DNA of 64,000 nt from NCBI RefSeq assembly GCF_009914755.1, contig NC_060935.1; one strand, given 5' to 3'. Positions 1-16,229 of this stretch are shown piece after piece. Position numbers and translations under genes: made by a program. Numbering within the stretch: position 1 is the first letter of the stretch; each line of letters opens with the position of its first letter. The notes beneath the pieces were generated by a model. It did not search any database. It was not told where the DNA came from and saw only the letters and a program-made list of their open reading frames with translations. The DNA comes from the human T2T-CHM13v2.0 reference genome, Homo sapiens.

Positions 1-39
1 TTGAAAATATCAAACTTATCTCCAATGATGTAATTTTTC

Positions 40-590
40 ACTAGCTGTTCCCTTTGCTAGGAATGCTCTTCTCTTAATCCAGTGGTTCTCAAATCAGAGG
101 CTATTTTGCTCCAGGGGTATATTTGGCAATGCCGTCCCAGACATTTTTGTCACAACTGGGGAGATGATACTAGCTTCTCATACTAGAGACCAGGGATGTT
201 GTTAAGCGTCTTCTAGTGCACAGGATAGCCCCCCACAACAAAGAATTATCTGGTCCAAAATTTCGATAGTGGGAAGGTTGAAAAACCTCACTTTTATCAA
301 CACATAACTAGCTCTTTTTTATTTTTTGGCTCTCAGCATATATTTTAATTCTTCAGAGGCCTTTCTTGATCACTTAAACCCAAGTCACCTACTATCACAA
401 TAGTTTAATTCCCTACAATGTGTTTGTCATTCCTTGAATTTTTTCATGTTTATTCATTTAGTTTGCTTGCTCTTTGTCTGTGTATTTCTCCATATTATAA
501 ACAACATGAGAGTAAGAATATTCTCTTATTAAACATTGTATCCCAACCACCACGAACAGTGGTTCAAAGAAACCACAGCTCAAAGAAGAG
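40..590 (+). mobile_element. L2 LINE 3' fragment, interrupted by MER20
   Basis: L2-like 'gctgttccctttgctaggaatgctctt' before the MER20 and 'tcttcagaggcctttcttgatcac' after it; boundaries approximate. Confidence 0.5.
80..288 (+). mobile_element. MER20 hAT-Charlie non-autonomous DNA transposon
   Basis: Starts CAGTGGTTCTCAA; matches MER20 body (atttggcaatg...gacatttttg...tcacaactgggg...ccccccacaacaaagaattatc) and ends ggttgaaaaacc. Confidence 0.9.
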
Positions 591-2377
591 CTACATAAAG
601 ATAGTAGAGGGGATGAAAAACTGAGACTGTGATGTTCTGTTTTTACTGGAGAGGTGAGAATATTGACCACTGTACTTGCAACTTCATACTAGAAACCTAG
701 GGTTCAAAGTAGGTAAGACACTAAGGCAAAAAGATGAGCTTGGAGGGTGGGTGGGATGATCTAGGGCAATCACCTGAAAAAAGCATAATTTTTGTAAGAC
801 ATTACTAACATTTGTAAGGTCTCCAACAACAGTGGTGGAAGTGGAAAAAGGAGGAAGGTTTTAGGCAACAGTGGCAAATATAAAGGCAGCAGCCAAAGCC
901 CCAGAGAACTTAGCAGAATTATGATCTACGTTTCCTTTGTCTCTTTCTCCTGACAATCCCAACCTTAGTATCCAGGTTACAGGGGCCTCAAAGCACTGAA
1001 AAAGCTCTCAAATATTTCAAATATTTTACCACTAAGATTCCCCCCCAAATTACCTTTGGCACTGACAAAGATAGGACCCAAGTCTACTCCTGCAACTTAA
1101 ATGGTCTTAGACCTGTACCAAATTGTTCTCTGGGAAGAGCATGACCTGAGTATGTGAGAGAGATTAGCATCAGTAAGATCAAATAATCTTTTTCTAAAAT
1201 ACAGTACTCATTAGGCCCAATTTAAATAATATGCCAATCAAATCAATCAGTCAAATATTCACCAAGTACCTACTATGCACCTAAACTAGTATCACCAGCT
1301 GTTCTACCTCTGGCATGGCCTAGATAATTGTCATAAGAGAGGAAGACTAAGGCTGAGGGTAGATAAAATGTGAACAAGGTCCAGACGGTGAGAGATGTCA
1401 AGCATGAAGTTAGTTCCAGCCATAGATCATAGAGAAGCTCATAATCAGGAGCATGGAGACAGAGAACAGGATCTGCTCCAAACAAGGACCTGGCATCAAA
1501 GATGCAAAATATAATCTCAAGTCCTGAAATGTAGACAGTGAACAGTGATGGGGATTCCAGAACAGGCAATAAATCACCAAGTGGAAGGGAGACAGGCACT
1601 GGTCCAGGACTCTAACCCAAGAATTTGGGGATCTAAAGGGTGGAGATGACAGGTAGGATTAGTAAAAAAACAAAGCACAGCCCAAGTGCTGTTGAATGAT
1701 TCCCAGCATGTTACCAATGCAGGAACTCTGGCAAGGATGGAAAACTCAATGTGTGAGACTTTCCCAGGTAAAGACACTAGACTAGCACAGGCAGGGATCA
1801 ACATATTGTTTTTCTGTTTAGGGTAGAGGTGGGTCCAGGTGAATAGTTTCCATAAGAAGGTCAATATTGGACAATAAGAGTCAGCATTTAGTCAGGGCAA
1901 GATTGTAAGGGGCTCTGAATGCCAGCATGGCAGAAACAGCAAGTTATCATCTAATATTTATTTTTTGCTTTCCTAGTAAAAGAACCATGGTTTTATTTTC
2001 GGCAAGAATACCTTTAGTTAAAAATCATGTTTCTCTTTGCTTCCCTCTCAGCTATGTGTAACTAAGTTGTATGTAACCTTCAGCTATATGTAACTAAGAA
2101 CTGGCCAAAGAGATGGAGTGTTCTGTGGGGTATCCAGGAAGATTAAGGGAGCTGCTTCAGCTGGTATAAATTTCTTTATGTCTACTGTTCCCCCTTCTGT
2201 CGGTGATGACTATAAATGCTAACAGTCATATTAGACCATGAGGTAACCTTGAGTGAGACCAGATGCCATGACTATAAGCCATTAACTAAAAATTGCACAT
2301 CACAAAGATAGGAAGGGTATTGGTCCCAGATGAACAAATGAACCTGATGTACCAGTCATGGCATGCACTCCTCCGGA

Positions 2378-2694
<317 letters not shown>

Positions 2695-2702
2695 TGGATT
2701 TA

Positions 2703-2704
<2 letters not shown>

Positions 2705-2745
<41 letters not shown>
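2705..2745. repeat. Pure (T)41 homopolymer
   Basis: Read directly. Confidence 0.97.
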
Positions 2746-2751
<6 letters not shown>

Positions 2752-3039
2752 GAGAGAGAAATAAAGGTCTATTTTGCTTTAGTCACCATTAACCTGGCAT
2801 CTCCATTATATGCAGATTCCCTTCATCTCAGTTGGTACAGTGGAGGAGTCAGGTGGACAGACTCTAGGGCAGTCCTCCATGATTCCACCTCCTACTGTTC
2901 ATGCCCTTGGGCAATTGCCTTCCCCTCAGCATGGGCAGGGCCCGTCACTTGCTTCTCACTACAGAAAATGGCAATGGCAAAGGCAAAGAGGTGTCACTCC
3001 CGTGTTTGCTTTATGTGTGTAAGACTATGTCTTCTTAGC

Positions 3040-3434
3040 AGATTCTAGAGACTGTCTTCCTAGCTGGCTTTGAAGAAATAGCCAGGTTGAGAAGTCCACA
3101 TGACAAGAAGCTGAGGGCAGCCTTTAGGAGCTGAGAGTGCTCTCTATATCCAACAGCCAGCAACAAACCAGGGTCCTCAGTTCTATGACCACTAGGAAAT
3201 GAATTCTGCCAACAACCTGAAGAGGCTTGGAAATGAATTCTTCCCAGTCAGCCTCCAGATGTGAACACAGCCCAGCGAACACCTTGCTTGCAAACTTTTG
3301 AGAACTTAAACAGAGAAATCAGCTATGCTGTGCCCAGACTTCTGACCCACCAAAACTGTGAGATAATAAATGTGTGCCGTTTTAAGCTCCGGCATTTGTG
3401 ATAATTTGTTATGCCAAGGTAAACTGCTAACACA
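3040..3434 (+). mobile_element. MLT1 (E/F/H-like) MaLR LTR, 3' part
   Basis: gaaatgaattctgccaacaacctg...cagacttctgacccac..aaactgtgagataataaatgtgtg..ttttaagc...taacaca terminus. Confidence 0.85.
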
Positions 3435-5641
3435 AGGAATCTGAACTGAATCTCAAATTTTCCATGGCTGTAGTTCACCTTATCCTACAAATTTACCATT
3501 CTGTTATTCTGTGGAGTGTGTACATGTGGAGTTCATAGTTACCTGATTTCACCTATAATGCAAAATACATTGAATGATTTTCAAAAAGTAAAGGTATAGT
3601 CTTTACCTCCAAGAAGTCTGTTAAGTACTTTTGCATGCTCACTAACTGCCTTCACTGGCACCTTCATCAAAGGTAGGCAGGAGACTAGTTAGGGCTCATT
3701 CAGGCTTCTTGAACATGACAACTGATTGAGACCGTCCTTTTACTCATACAATGAGCCACACAAAGTGGGTTAATACACTTTTTTATATATAAAAAGAAAG
3801 AAGCAGAAAGGATTCCTATCTGCCCAAAAACATGATGAAGATTAAATAAACATGAGATTAATACACTTTTTTATACTTGGAAGAAGCAGAAAAGAAAATA
3901 TTCCAGATTCACATATGCCTGAAAATATGAAGATTAAGTAGTGAGATTTTCAGACAAAAGAGTGCCACGGAACTGTAAAACATTATTATTAATTAACATA
4001 GTTGTAAAAACTCAGGTTCCAAGAAGAGAAAAATCTTGGAAGCAATTATGAAATTCATTGTATGACATTTAGATTAAATACACACTTCTCTTAAGAATAC
4101 AAAACACTGAATATGTTCTTCAATCTACCAAATATGAATAATCCAATTTGATATCTTTCCACCTATCAGCCAGGGGTATTGAAAAACAACGGATGACTTA
4201 ATAAACATAGAAAGCTTCTAACAATGTCAATGTGCTCAAATGCATTATATCAAACATAATTGTTCTCTGTGTCATAACTAGATAACATAAATGTCATAGA
4301 AAGGGTCAGAGAATAAAGAGTCTCATTAACTTTCTTTTGTGTTAAACAATAGATTAATACCAGTTAATAAAGCAGTTGTGAGTCAATGTTTTCCCACAGA
4401 GTGCTGTTTTGGGGGTTGGGGCATGGATTAGAATAATGAGAGCTTATAACTTACTTTTAAAACTTTTTTCCAGAAGTAGAAGTTCTAAGTATGTTAATTA
4501 CTTCTACTATGTCCCCATTACAGACAAAATGTGTGATGTACTGCTTTTCATTCCAATACTTACAACTGAAATAAATCTTTTGATATGTGGCTTAATTATC
4601 TGGATATAAAATTCTTTTCAAACTAAGAATTCTATCAACTATAAGCTTGCCCCAAATGTATGACACATGACAGTCTTTGATATTTCCTTCATGACCCAAC
4701 CCCACCAAAACCAACAAATAACTAGAAAAAAATTGTATTGTGATCCTTAAATATTCCATATGACTTTTGGAAATGAAATATTCAAATGGAAAATTACTTT
4801 GGCCAGCAATTGTAAATCAATTCTGTTCAATAAGCCTTGTGGTTAGTGGAAATCCCTCCATATTCTGGCAATAGAATGACAGTCACTCCTAGTTGCTGGT
4901 AATGGTATGAGTTGATAACATTTTATATCTTCCAAGGAAGTTGTATATTGGAAAGCAGACGGGAAAGAATTTGGCAGACTGAATTAGCTGTCGTTTGTCA
5001 CATACAAATGGGATATAAGATTAATATTAAACAATTAAATTTCCACATGCATCTGAATTTCAAAAAAATGATATACATATAATACCTATATATTTCATGT
5101 CATATTACTCTAATTTCCTAAGCTTAGGTGTTTGATCACCTTTTGGTATAACTGTTTAAGTAAGTATTCATATTACTGATAATAGTTCACTGTTAATTGA
5201 AAAAGATTGAAAAAATGATAATTCTGGCTCTTTTAGGAGAGGCAGAGACTCAGGAGTTCTAGAGTAGAATAAAAAACAGCAACAAAAATAAAAAACACCT
5301 CAAAAAAGAATTCAGGAATAGAGATCAAAGAGTGTATCTCTATGGGAGAAAGTGTTGTCAGCCAAGCAGAAGCTGAGAACTTAAAGGGATCTTCAGGTTG
5401 CATTTTATTACACAGATCATCCTGAAGTTACACATTCTCCATGAAAAAAATTTCTAAAAATGCAGATAACTTTCGTCTGTACATCATTTGGTAGTTCATA
5501 AAGAGTTTTCATATCCATCATCTTGAATTTGAGTCTCATGGTAATTTTGTTAAGTTGATATTAGTCATTCCCATCATATAGTAGCTCATGGTCATACACT
5601 CAAAAGTGGCCCCAAAAGAACTAAGTCCACGTGTTCTTGAG

Positions 5642-5791
5642 TAGTGCTTCTCAAAGTTTAATTGAGATTTGTTAAAACACAGATTGCAATGTAGTAGATA
5701 CAGGGTAGATTCTGAGACTCTGAACTTTTAACGAGCTCCTAGATAGTGCCAAAATAGCTAGTTCATATGGACCACAGATTGATTAGCAATG
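5642..5791. mobile_element. MER5-like hAT-Charlie element within a MIR remnant (~5480-5830)
   Basis: agtgcttctcaaa...ttgttaaaacacagattg...tttaacgagctcctag...ggaccaca.attga.tagca. Confidence 0.65.
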
Positions 5792-8209
5792 TGTAAGGCT
5801 AGATATAGTGCTTTTTCTATTACAGTACACTCCCCTCTCCTCTTCCATACCTACTGACATCTGTACCAAACATTTTATTTAAATATATCATATTTTGTGT
5901 GCATTCATTTTTTTCTATTTTCTCATGTACAAATATATCAACAAAGTATATGGTAAAGTTTTGTTAATGAGTAAGCAAAATACATTGTAAAAATCTAAAG
6001 GGCATAGTCCACGTCAAACAAGCTTTTTATTTCCTAAATAGCTAAGAACATAAAATATATGCAATCTGAAAATCGAAATAAAAATGTTTCCAAATAAAAA
6101 TTGAGCTGATTGTTTTGACTATCCAGAGAACACAGCTGGTATCTATCCTGTACCATAGTGCAGAAGTAGGACGGAATTCAGGAAAATAGGAAGCAAGTTC
6201 TGAACTGAGAAGAGGCTGGGGTTTGAGGCAGAATTGAAAAGACCTGAGAGCATCTCTAAGTAAAACTCAAGATTCATGATTCATGTGAAGCTGAAACTCT
6301 CTACCTCTTATTACCCATCTTCTATAGTTTGTCACCTTTATCAATCCTGACATCTGTAATAAAGCAGTGAAATAGATGTTAACATCAAGGTTTCCACCAA
6401 GACACAGTGATTCAACAGAAGCTGCATGCCCAAGCGAGTGGGCCCATCACAGTTTTCTGACTCTGGGACTCCTCACCCAGGGCTCCTGACACTCCCTCAA
6501 CGTTCCGGAACAGTATGGGGCCTGCTTGAGACAAAGATTTCATCCTGACACAAAGACAAAATCCACCCTGCTGAATACAATTTAAAGGGGGTAGTGAGAG
6601 GCATAAATTATGTTTCTATTAGAACTTATGAGCCGTGGTTGTTTAAGATATGCTTTATGTAGTCTGGTTGTTTGGGTTCAACTTAGAGGGCTGTTTTGAA
6701 AGTACCTTCGACGACGCATAATGAGGACAAATGGGAGATGACGGGAAAAATGGTGATGTTGTGGCCACAGGCACAGGAAAGAGCTTCACGTTTTAGTGAA
6801 GTCAGAGAACCAAGTCGTGCTGCCATCATCTCACGCCACAGGGCATGCAGAACTGGTGCAAGAGCCCACAGCTCCTGCTTCTTAGTCTGCTAAGCTAATG
6901 TTACTCAGAAGTTTGATTTTAAAATGTTCTAGTAGCTAATAATTTTTAAGTTTATGACCCAAGGTTTTTCTACTTAGAATGGAAATCTGACTTGTTTAAA
7001 ATGAATGTACCCTTCAGCTCACAAGATAAATTAGCCTTAAAAAGAGATGTTGCCTAAAATGGAGAAATGCTAAAAATATTTACATTTTATGCTTGTATAA
7101 TCTAGTAGGTACATTGTTCAGAACAATATTATTCTTTCTCTTAGGACAAAAAAAAACCCAAAACATTTTAAAAGCAAAGCATTGATAAATAGTTATTTGA
7201 CAAGACAATAGTGAAAAAATAAATAACAGATTCATTATTATAGATGCTTTTTGGACAAACCCAACTGTTCCTTTCTGTGGTTCCAAATCATTACTTAAAA
7301 TATTTATATATTTATCAACTTGGATTTAGAATTAAATTTAGAATTAAGTTCAAGTTGATAAATCTCCTTTTAAGCTTCTATTTTCACACAGATGTATGAA
7401 AAATATAAATGTTCAAGGAAAGAAGTATTATTTTCCTAAAGTAGACTTTTTCCATATGTTTAAGGTATCAATCAGCAAGATGATTAAATATAACAAAATT
7501 TTCTAATTTTCAGAGGAAATTTGACCATTCAAGTCACTTTCTATTTTTATTTTATCACTATGAAATGCAATATCTATTTGACATGTTGTAACTTATTCTC
7601 ACACCAATAAGCCATTTTGGGGGAAAGACCATTTCAAAAACATATTTCAACAAATATAATGATGAAAATTCAAGGGAATAAAAAAGACATACTTACACTT
7701 AAGATTTAAATTATCAATATTTTAATTAAGGAACACTAGGAAAAATTATCTACACCTTTTCTACGAGGTAGCAATATTAGCATAAAGAGGTTTCACTGTG
7801 TAAAATGTTTTATGAGTGAGAGCAGATGGCTGAAGATAACTCTTGTGGACAGCTTTATTTGAAATTTTTTCTTTATGTAAGAAACAAAATAAAATATTAG
7901 ATTTTATTTGATCTTTTTTCTTGAAAGAAGTTCTTTTGAAAAAAATTTCAATCCATTTTAATTAAAATAGGTACTTCTGAATTTCTTTTTTTTATTTTAT
8001 TATTATTATACTTTAAGTTTTAGGGTACATGTGCACAATGTGCAGGTTAGTTACATATGTATACATGTGCCATGCTGGTGTGCCGCACCCATTAACTTGT
8101 CATTCAGCATTAGGTATATCTCCTAATGCTATCCCTCCCCCCTACCCCCACCCCAAAACAGTCCCCAGAGTGTGTTTTTCCCCTTCCTGTGTCCATGTGT
8201 TCTCATTGT

Positions 8210-12034
<3,825 letters not shown>

Positions 12035-12082
12035 TTATTTTGCTCGTTAGTTGATGCAGTTTCTTCCTAGCCTCAATGGTCT

Positions 12083-13099
12083 TTACAATTTGGCATGATT
12101 TTGCAGTCGCTGGTACTTGTTGTTCCTTTCCATGTTTAGTGCTTCCTTCAGGAGCTCTTTTAGGGCAGGCCTGGTGGTGACAAAATCTCTCAGCATTTGC
12201 TTGTCTGTAAAGTATTTTATTTCTCCTTCACTTATGAAGCTTAGTTTGGCTGGATATGAAATTCTGGGTTGAAAATTATTTTCTTTAAGAATGTTGAATA
12301 TTGGCCCCCACTCTCTTCTGGCTTGTAGAGTTTCTGCCGAGAGATCCACTGTTAGTCTGATGGGGTTCCCTTTGTGGGTAACCCGACCTTTCTCTCTGGC
12401 TGCCCTTAACATTTTTTCCTTCATTTCAACTTTGGTGAATCTGACAATTATGTGTCTTGGAGTTGCTCTTCTCAAGGAGTATCTTTGTGGCATTCTGTGT
12501 ATTTCCTGAATCTGAATGTTGGCCTGCCTTGCTAGATTGGGGAAGTTCTCCTGGATAATATCATGCAGAGTGTTTTCCAACTTGGTTCCATTCTCCCCAT
12601 CACTTTCAGGTACACCAATCAGACAGAGATTTGGTCTTTTCACATAGTCTCATATTTCTTGGAGGCTTTGTTCATTTCTTTTTACTCTTTTTTCTCTAAA
12701 CTTTCCTTCTCGCTTCATTTCATTCATTTCATCTTCCATCACTGACACCCTTCCTTCCAGTTGATCGCATCGGCTCCTAAGGCTTCTGCATTCTTCACGT
12801 AGTTCTCGAGCCTTGGCTTTGAGCTCCATCAGCTCCTTTAAGCACTTCTCTGTATTGGTTATTCTAGTTATACATTCGTCTAAATTTTTTTCAAAGTTTT
12901 TAACTTCTTTTCCTTTGGTTTGAATTTCCTCCTGTAGCTCGGAGTAGTTTGATCATCTGAAGCCTTCTTCTCTCAACTCGTCAAAGTCATTCTCCATCCA
13001 GCTTTGTTCCGTTGCTGGTGAGGAACTGTGTTCCTTTGGAGGAGGAGAGGTGCTCTGCTTTTTAGAGTTTCCAGTTTTTCTGCTCTGTTTTTTCCCCAT
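12083..13099 (-). pseudogene. L1 ORF1 (RNA-binding protein), disrupted
   Basis: ATG GGG AAA AAA CAG at 13099; 1017-nt length preserved but TGA at codon 49 (12953-12955, CGA>TGA) and codon 150 (12650-12652, TGG>TGA). Confidence 0.93.
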
Positions 13100-14138
13100 C
13101 TTTGTGGTTTTATCTACTTTTGGTCTTTGATGATGGTGATGTACAGATGGGTTTTGGTGTGGATGTCCTTTCTGTTTGTTAGTTTTCCTTCTAACAGACA
13201 GGACCCTCAGCTGCAGGTCTGTTGGAGTTTGCTAGAGGTCCACTCCAGACCCTGTTTGCCTGGGTATCAGCAGCGGTGGCTGCAGAAGAGCGGATTTTCG
13301 TGAACCGCGAATGCTGCTGTCTGATCTTTCCTCTGGAAGTTTTGTCTCAGAGGAGTACCCGGCCATGTGAGGTGTCAGTCTGCCCCTACTGGGGGGTGCC
13401 TCCCAGTTAGGCTGCTCGGGGGTCAGGGGTCAGGGACCCACTTGAGGAGGCAGTCTGCCCGTTCTCAGATCTCAAGCTACGTGCTGGGAGAACTACTGCT
13501 CTCTTCAAAGCTGTCAGACAGGGACATTTAAGTCTGCAGAGGTTACTGCTGTCTTTTTGTTTGTCTGTGCCCTGCCCCCAGAGGTGGAGCCTACAGAGGC
13601 AGGCAGGCCTCCTTGAGCTGTGGTGGGCTCCACCCAGTTCGAGCTTCCTGGCTGCTTTGTTTACCTAAGCAAGCCTGGGCAATGGCAGGTGACCCTCCCT
13701 CAGCCTCACTGCTGCCTTGCAGTTTGATCTCAGACTGCTGTGCTAGCAATCGGCGAGACTCCGTGGGCGTAGGACCCTCTGAGCCAGGTGCGGGATATAA
13801 TCTCCTGGTGGGCTGTTTTTTAAGCCCATAGGAAAAGTGCAGTATTAGGGTGGGAGTGACCCGATTTTCCACGTGCCATCTGTCACCCCTTTCTTTGACT
13901 AGGAAAGGGAACTCCCTGACCCCTTGCACTTCCCGACTGAGGCAATGCCTTGCCCTGCTTCAGCTCATGCACAGTGTGCTTCACCCACTGTCCTGCGCCC
14001 ACTGTCTGGCACTCCCTAGTGAGATGAACCCGGTACCTCAGATGGAAATGCAGAAATCACCCGTCTTCTGCGTTGCTCATGCTGGGAGCTGCAGACCAGA
14101 GCTGTTCCTATTCGGCCATCTTGGCTGCCCTTTCCTCC
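13100..14138 (-). promoter_or_regulatory. L1 5'UTR internal sense and antisense promoter with intact YY1 site
   Basis: CAAGATGGCCG (reverse complement of 14113-14123); CpG-containing 5'UTR. Confidence 0.8.
13682..13831 (+). CDS. L1 ORF0 homolog (antisense 5'UTR ORF), truncated to 49 aa
   Basis: MAGDPPSASLLPCSLISDCCASNRRDSVGVGPSEPGAGYNLLVGCFLSP* matches the primate L1 ORF0 N-terminus; donor CAG|GTGCGG at 13787/13788; expression not shown. Confidence 0.6.
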   Translation: MAGDPPSASLLPCSLISDCCASNRRDSVGVGPSEPGAGYNLLVGCFLSP

Positions 14139-14989
14139 CTGAATTTCTTTATGTAAGCCCTGCTAGATATTATCAGGCATTCATATAAAGCATTTGTCAC
14201 ATCATTGACATCAAGACAAACATCTAGGGAAAAAAGAGTAACATAGGAAACTACAAAAAAATACTGAAATCTAAAATGTACATTTAATAATTAATATAGA
14301 AAACAGGAAAGAAGAGAAATTAGTCTGAGCTGCTTTGCTTGAAAATAGCCTCCTTCTAGATTAGTACTCAGTAACTGAATTATTCTACCTCTGATCTGTT
14401 CTTTTTATAGATATGAATAATATATTAAACCTACTTTAAGTTGATGTTATCTTTCAGAGCTAAAGCTATTGTATCTTGATCAAATATCATCAATCAGCAT
14501 AGAGTGAATCTTTTGTATAGGTGACACCTAGTTAATCATCTGACAAATATGCCTCTCCAGCTGTTACTTATTTATTAATTCAAACTTCAATATGACAAAG
14601 GAATTTCTATACTGACTCATACATTTTAATATGTGGGATTATTTTACTTTTCACTTGCTGCTTGGAAGGGCAATAACAGAAGAGTATATGGAAGAAACTT
14701 ATAGCTCCTCTTTAGTACCATACTTAGCACAGGTGTCTTATATTTAGCATAGGTGTCTTCAATCTCCTGACTCAACTCCACCTCTACATTACATTTCTTC
14801 CTTCCTTCTTTCCATCTTTCCCTTCTTTCTCTCTTTTTATCTCTCTCCTTCTCTTCCTCTCTCCTGCCTTCCTTTCTTTCAAAATCAAATACATGGCTGA
14901 GCAGTTTCAGAAACTTGACTTTGGAATTAGAAAGGTAGCAAAAAAGTCTTGAAAAGAGCGCTCAGTTTAAAAATCACAAGGAGATACCA

Positions 14990-15130
14990 GTTGAAGTTCT
15001 ATCGTTTACCAACTGTGTGATTCTGGCCTGGTCCTCTGTTTCCTCATGTGTAAAATGGAAAGAACAAATTTTTGTCATAAATATTAAAAAAGCTGTACCT
15101 GAAAATACTCTTGAAACCTTTATTATAATA
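14990..15130 (+). mobile_element. MIR fragment
   Basis: ttaccaactgtgtga...ctctgtttcctcatgtgtaaaatgg core. Confidence 0.6.
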
Positions 15131-16120
15131 TTAAGGGTGTTGCATTTGTCTACCAAAATGCCTGCACTTGTCACTATTAAAACTTACTTTCAAATAAAAT
15201 CAGAAGGGGAAAATGTATTTTGAGATTCATAATTAAAATTTCTTATATGTCTTAATGTATTGTCTGGGAAGGGTAAACTATTCACTTACCAACATGTTAG
15301 GAGTGACTTTTTATCAGTTTAGAGTAAAGAGATTTTGGATGAATAAAACAGAAAGAGTGAGTGTTGATGGAAGAGTGGAAAGGAAGAAAAAGATAGAGAA
15401 AAGTTAAACCAAGGCAAGAAGTTTGAGCACCATGAGAATACTCGGTTAAGGAAACCTGGGAAGAAAAAACAAAAGGGTCGGGGGGGGGGTTCCCAAAAAC
15501 TTATGCCTTGATTACATGTCACCTCTCACAATATGCTGTAGTTTCTTGTTTATGTATGCGTCTTCCTGATTGAAATATAAGCACTTGATTGCAAGACTTA
15601 TATTTCCTAACCTTGTATTACTGTACATAATTGGCAAACAAAAACTGAGTAAATCAATGAAGAAAAGTCTGTTTCAATTTTTTTGAGACCTGTCCTTTCA
15701 TCCACCTGTCCATCCTTTCATCCTTCTTCCCCTGTTGCCTTCCAACCTTCAGACACTTATTGAGCAAGTACTAAGAATGGGCACTGCAGGTAAGTGCTGT
15801 CAGTTAAGAGGGAGGAAAGTCCTACATAAATTTGAAATTTTCAATATCAGATAACAGCATTTTATCTGAATTTTATTGTAATTGTTAATATGGATTGCAT
15901 TAAAGATTTGTTATCCTGTAATGCAAAATTGAAGCTGTAATACAAAAGAATAATTTTCTTCAACAAGTTATACAATTGTTGATAAGTATTAAACATGGTT
16001 TGAGAGTGACAGTTTTTCTTTTCCAGTTAATAGTTTCAAAAGACTCATCTCAGGGAATTTTGAAAGTTGAAAGTTTCTAACCTATAATGTCAGATAGTTT
16101 ACTTCCTGGGGCCATGGGAG

Positions 16121-16121
<1 letters not shown>

Positions 16122-16158
<37 letters not shown>
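16122..16158. repeat. (TG)18 microsatellite
   Basis: Read directly. Confidence 0.97.
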
Positions 16159-16161
<3 letters not shown>

Positions 16162-16229
16162 ATTTTGCTTTCTTGGTGGAAGGGTGGGTTGGTGTGTTTG
16201 GCTGCTCCTTACAGCTCTTTGGATGATAT

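Noticed and set aside
14724-14759. Short tandem duplications here and near 2050, 32800, 39145, 40212 and 48336
   Set aside because: Ordinary slippage micro-duplications with no shared sequence or regular spacing; not a CRISPR-like array
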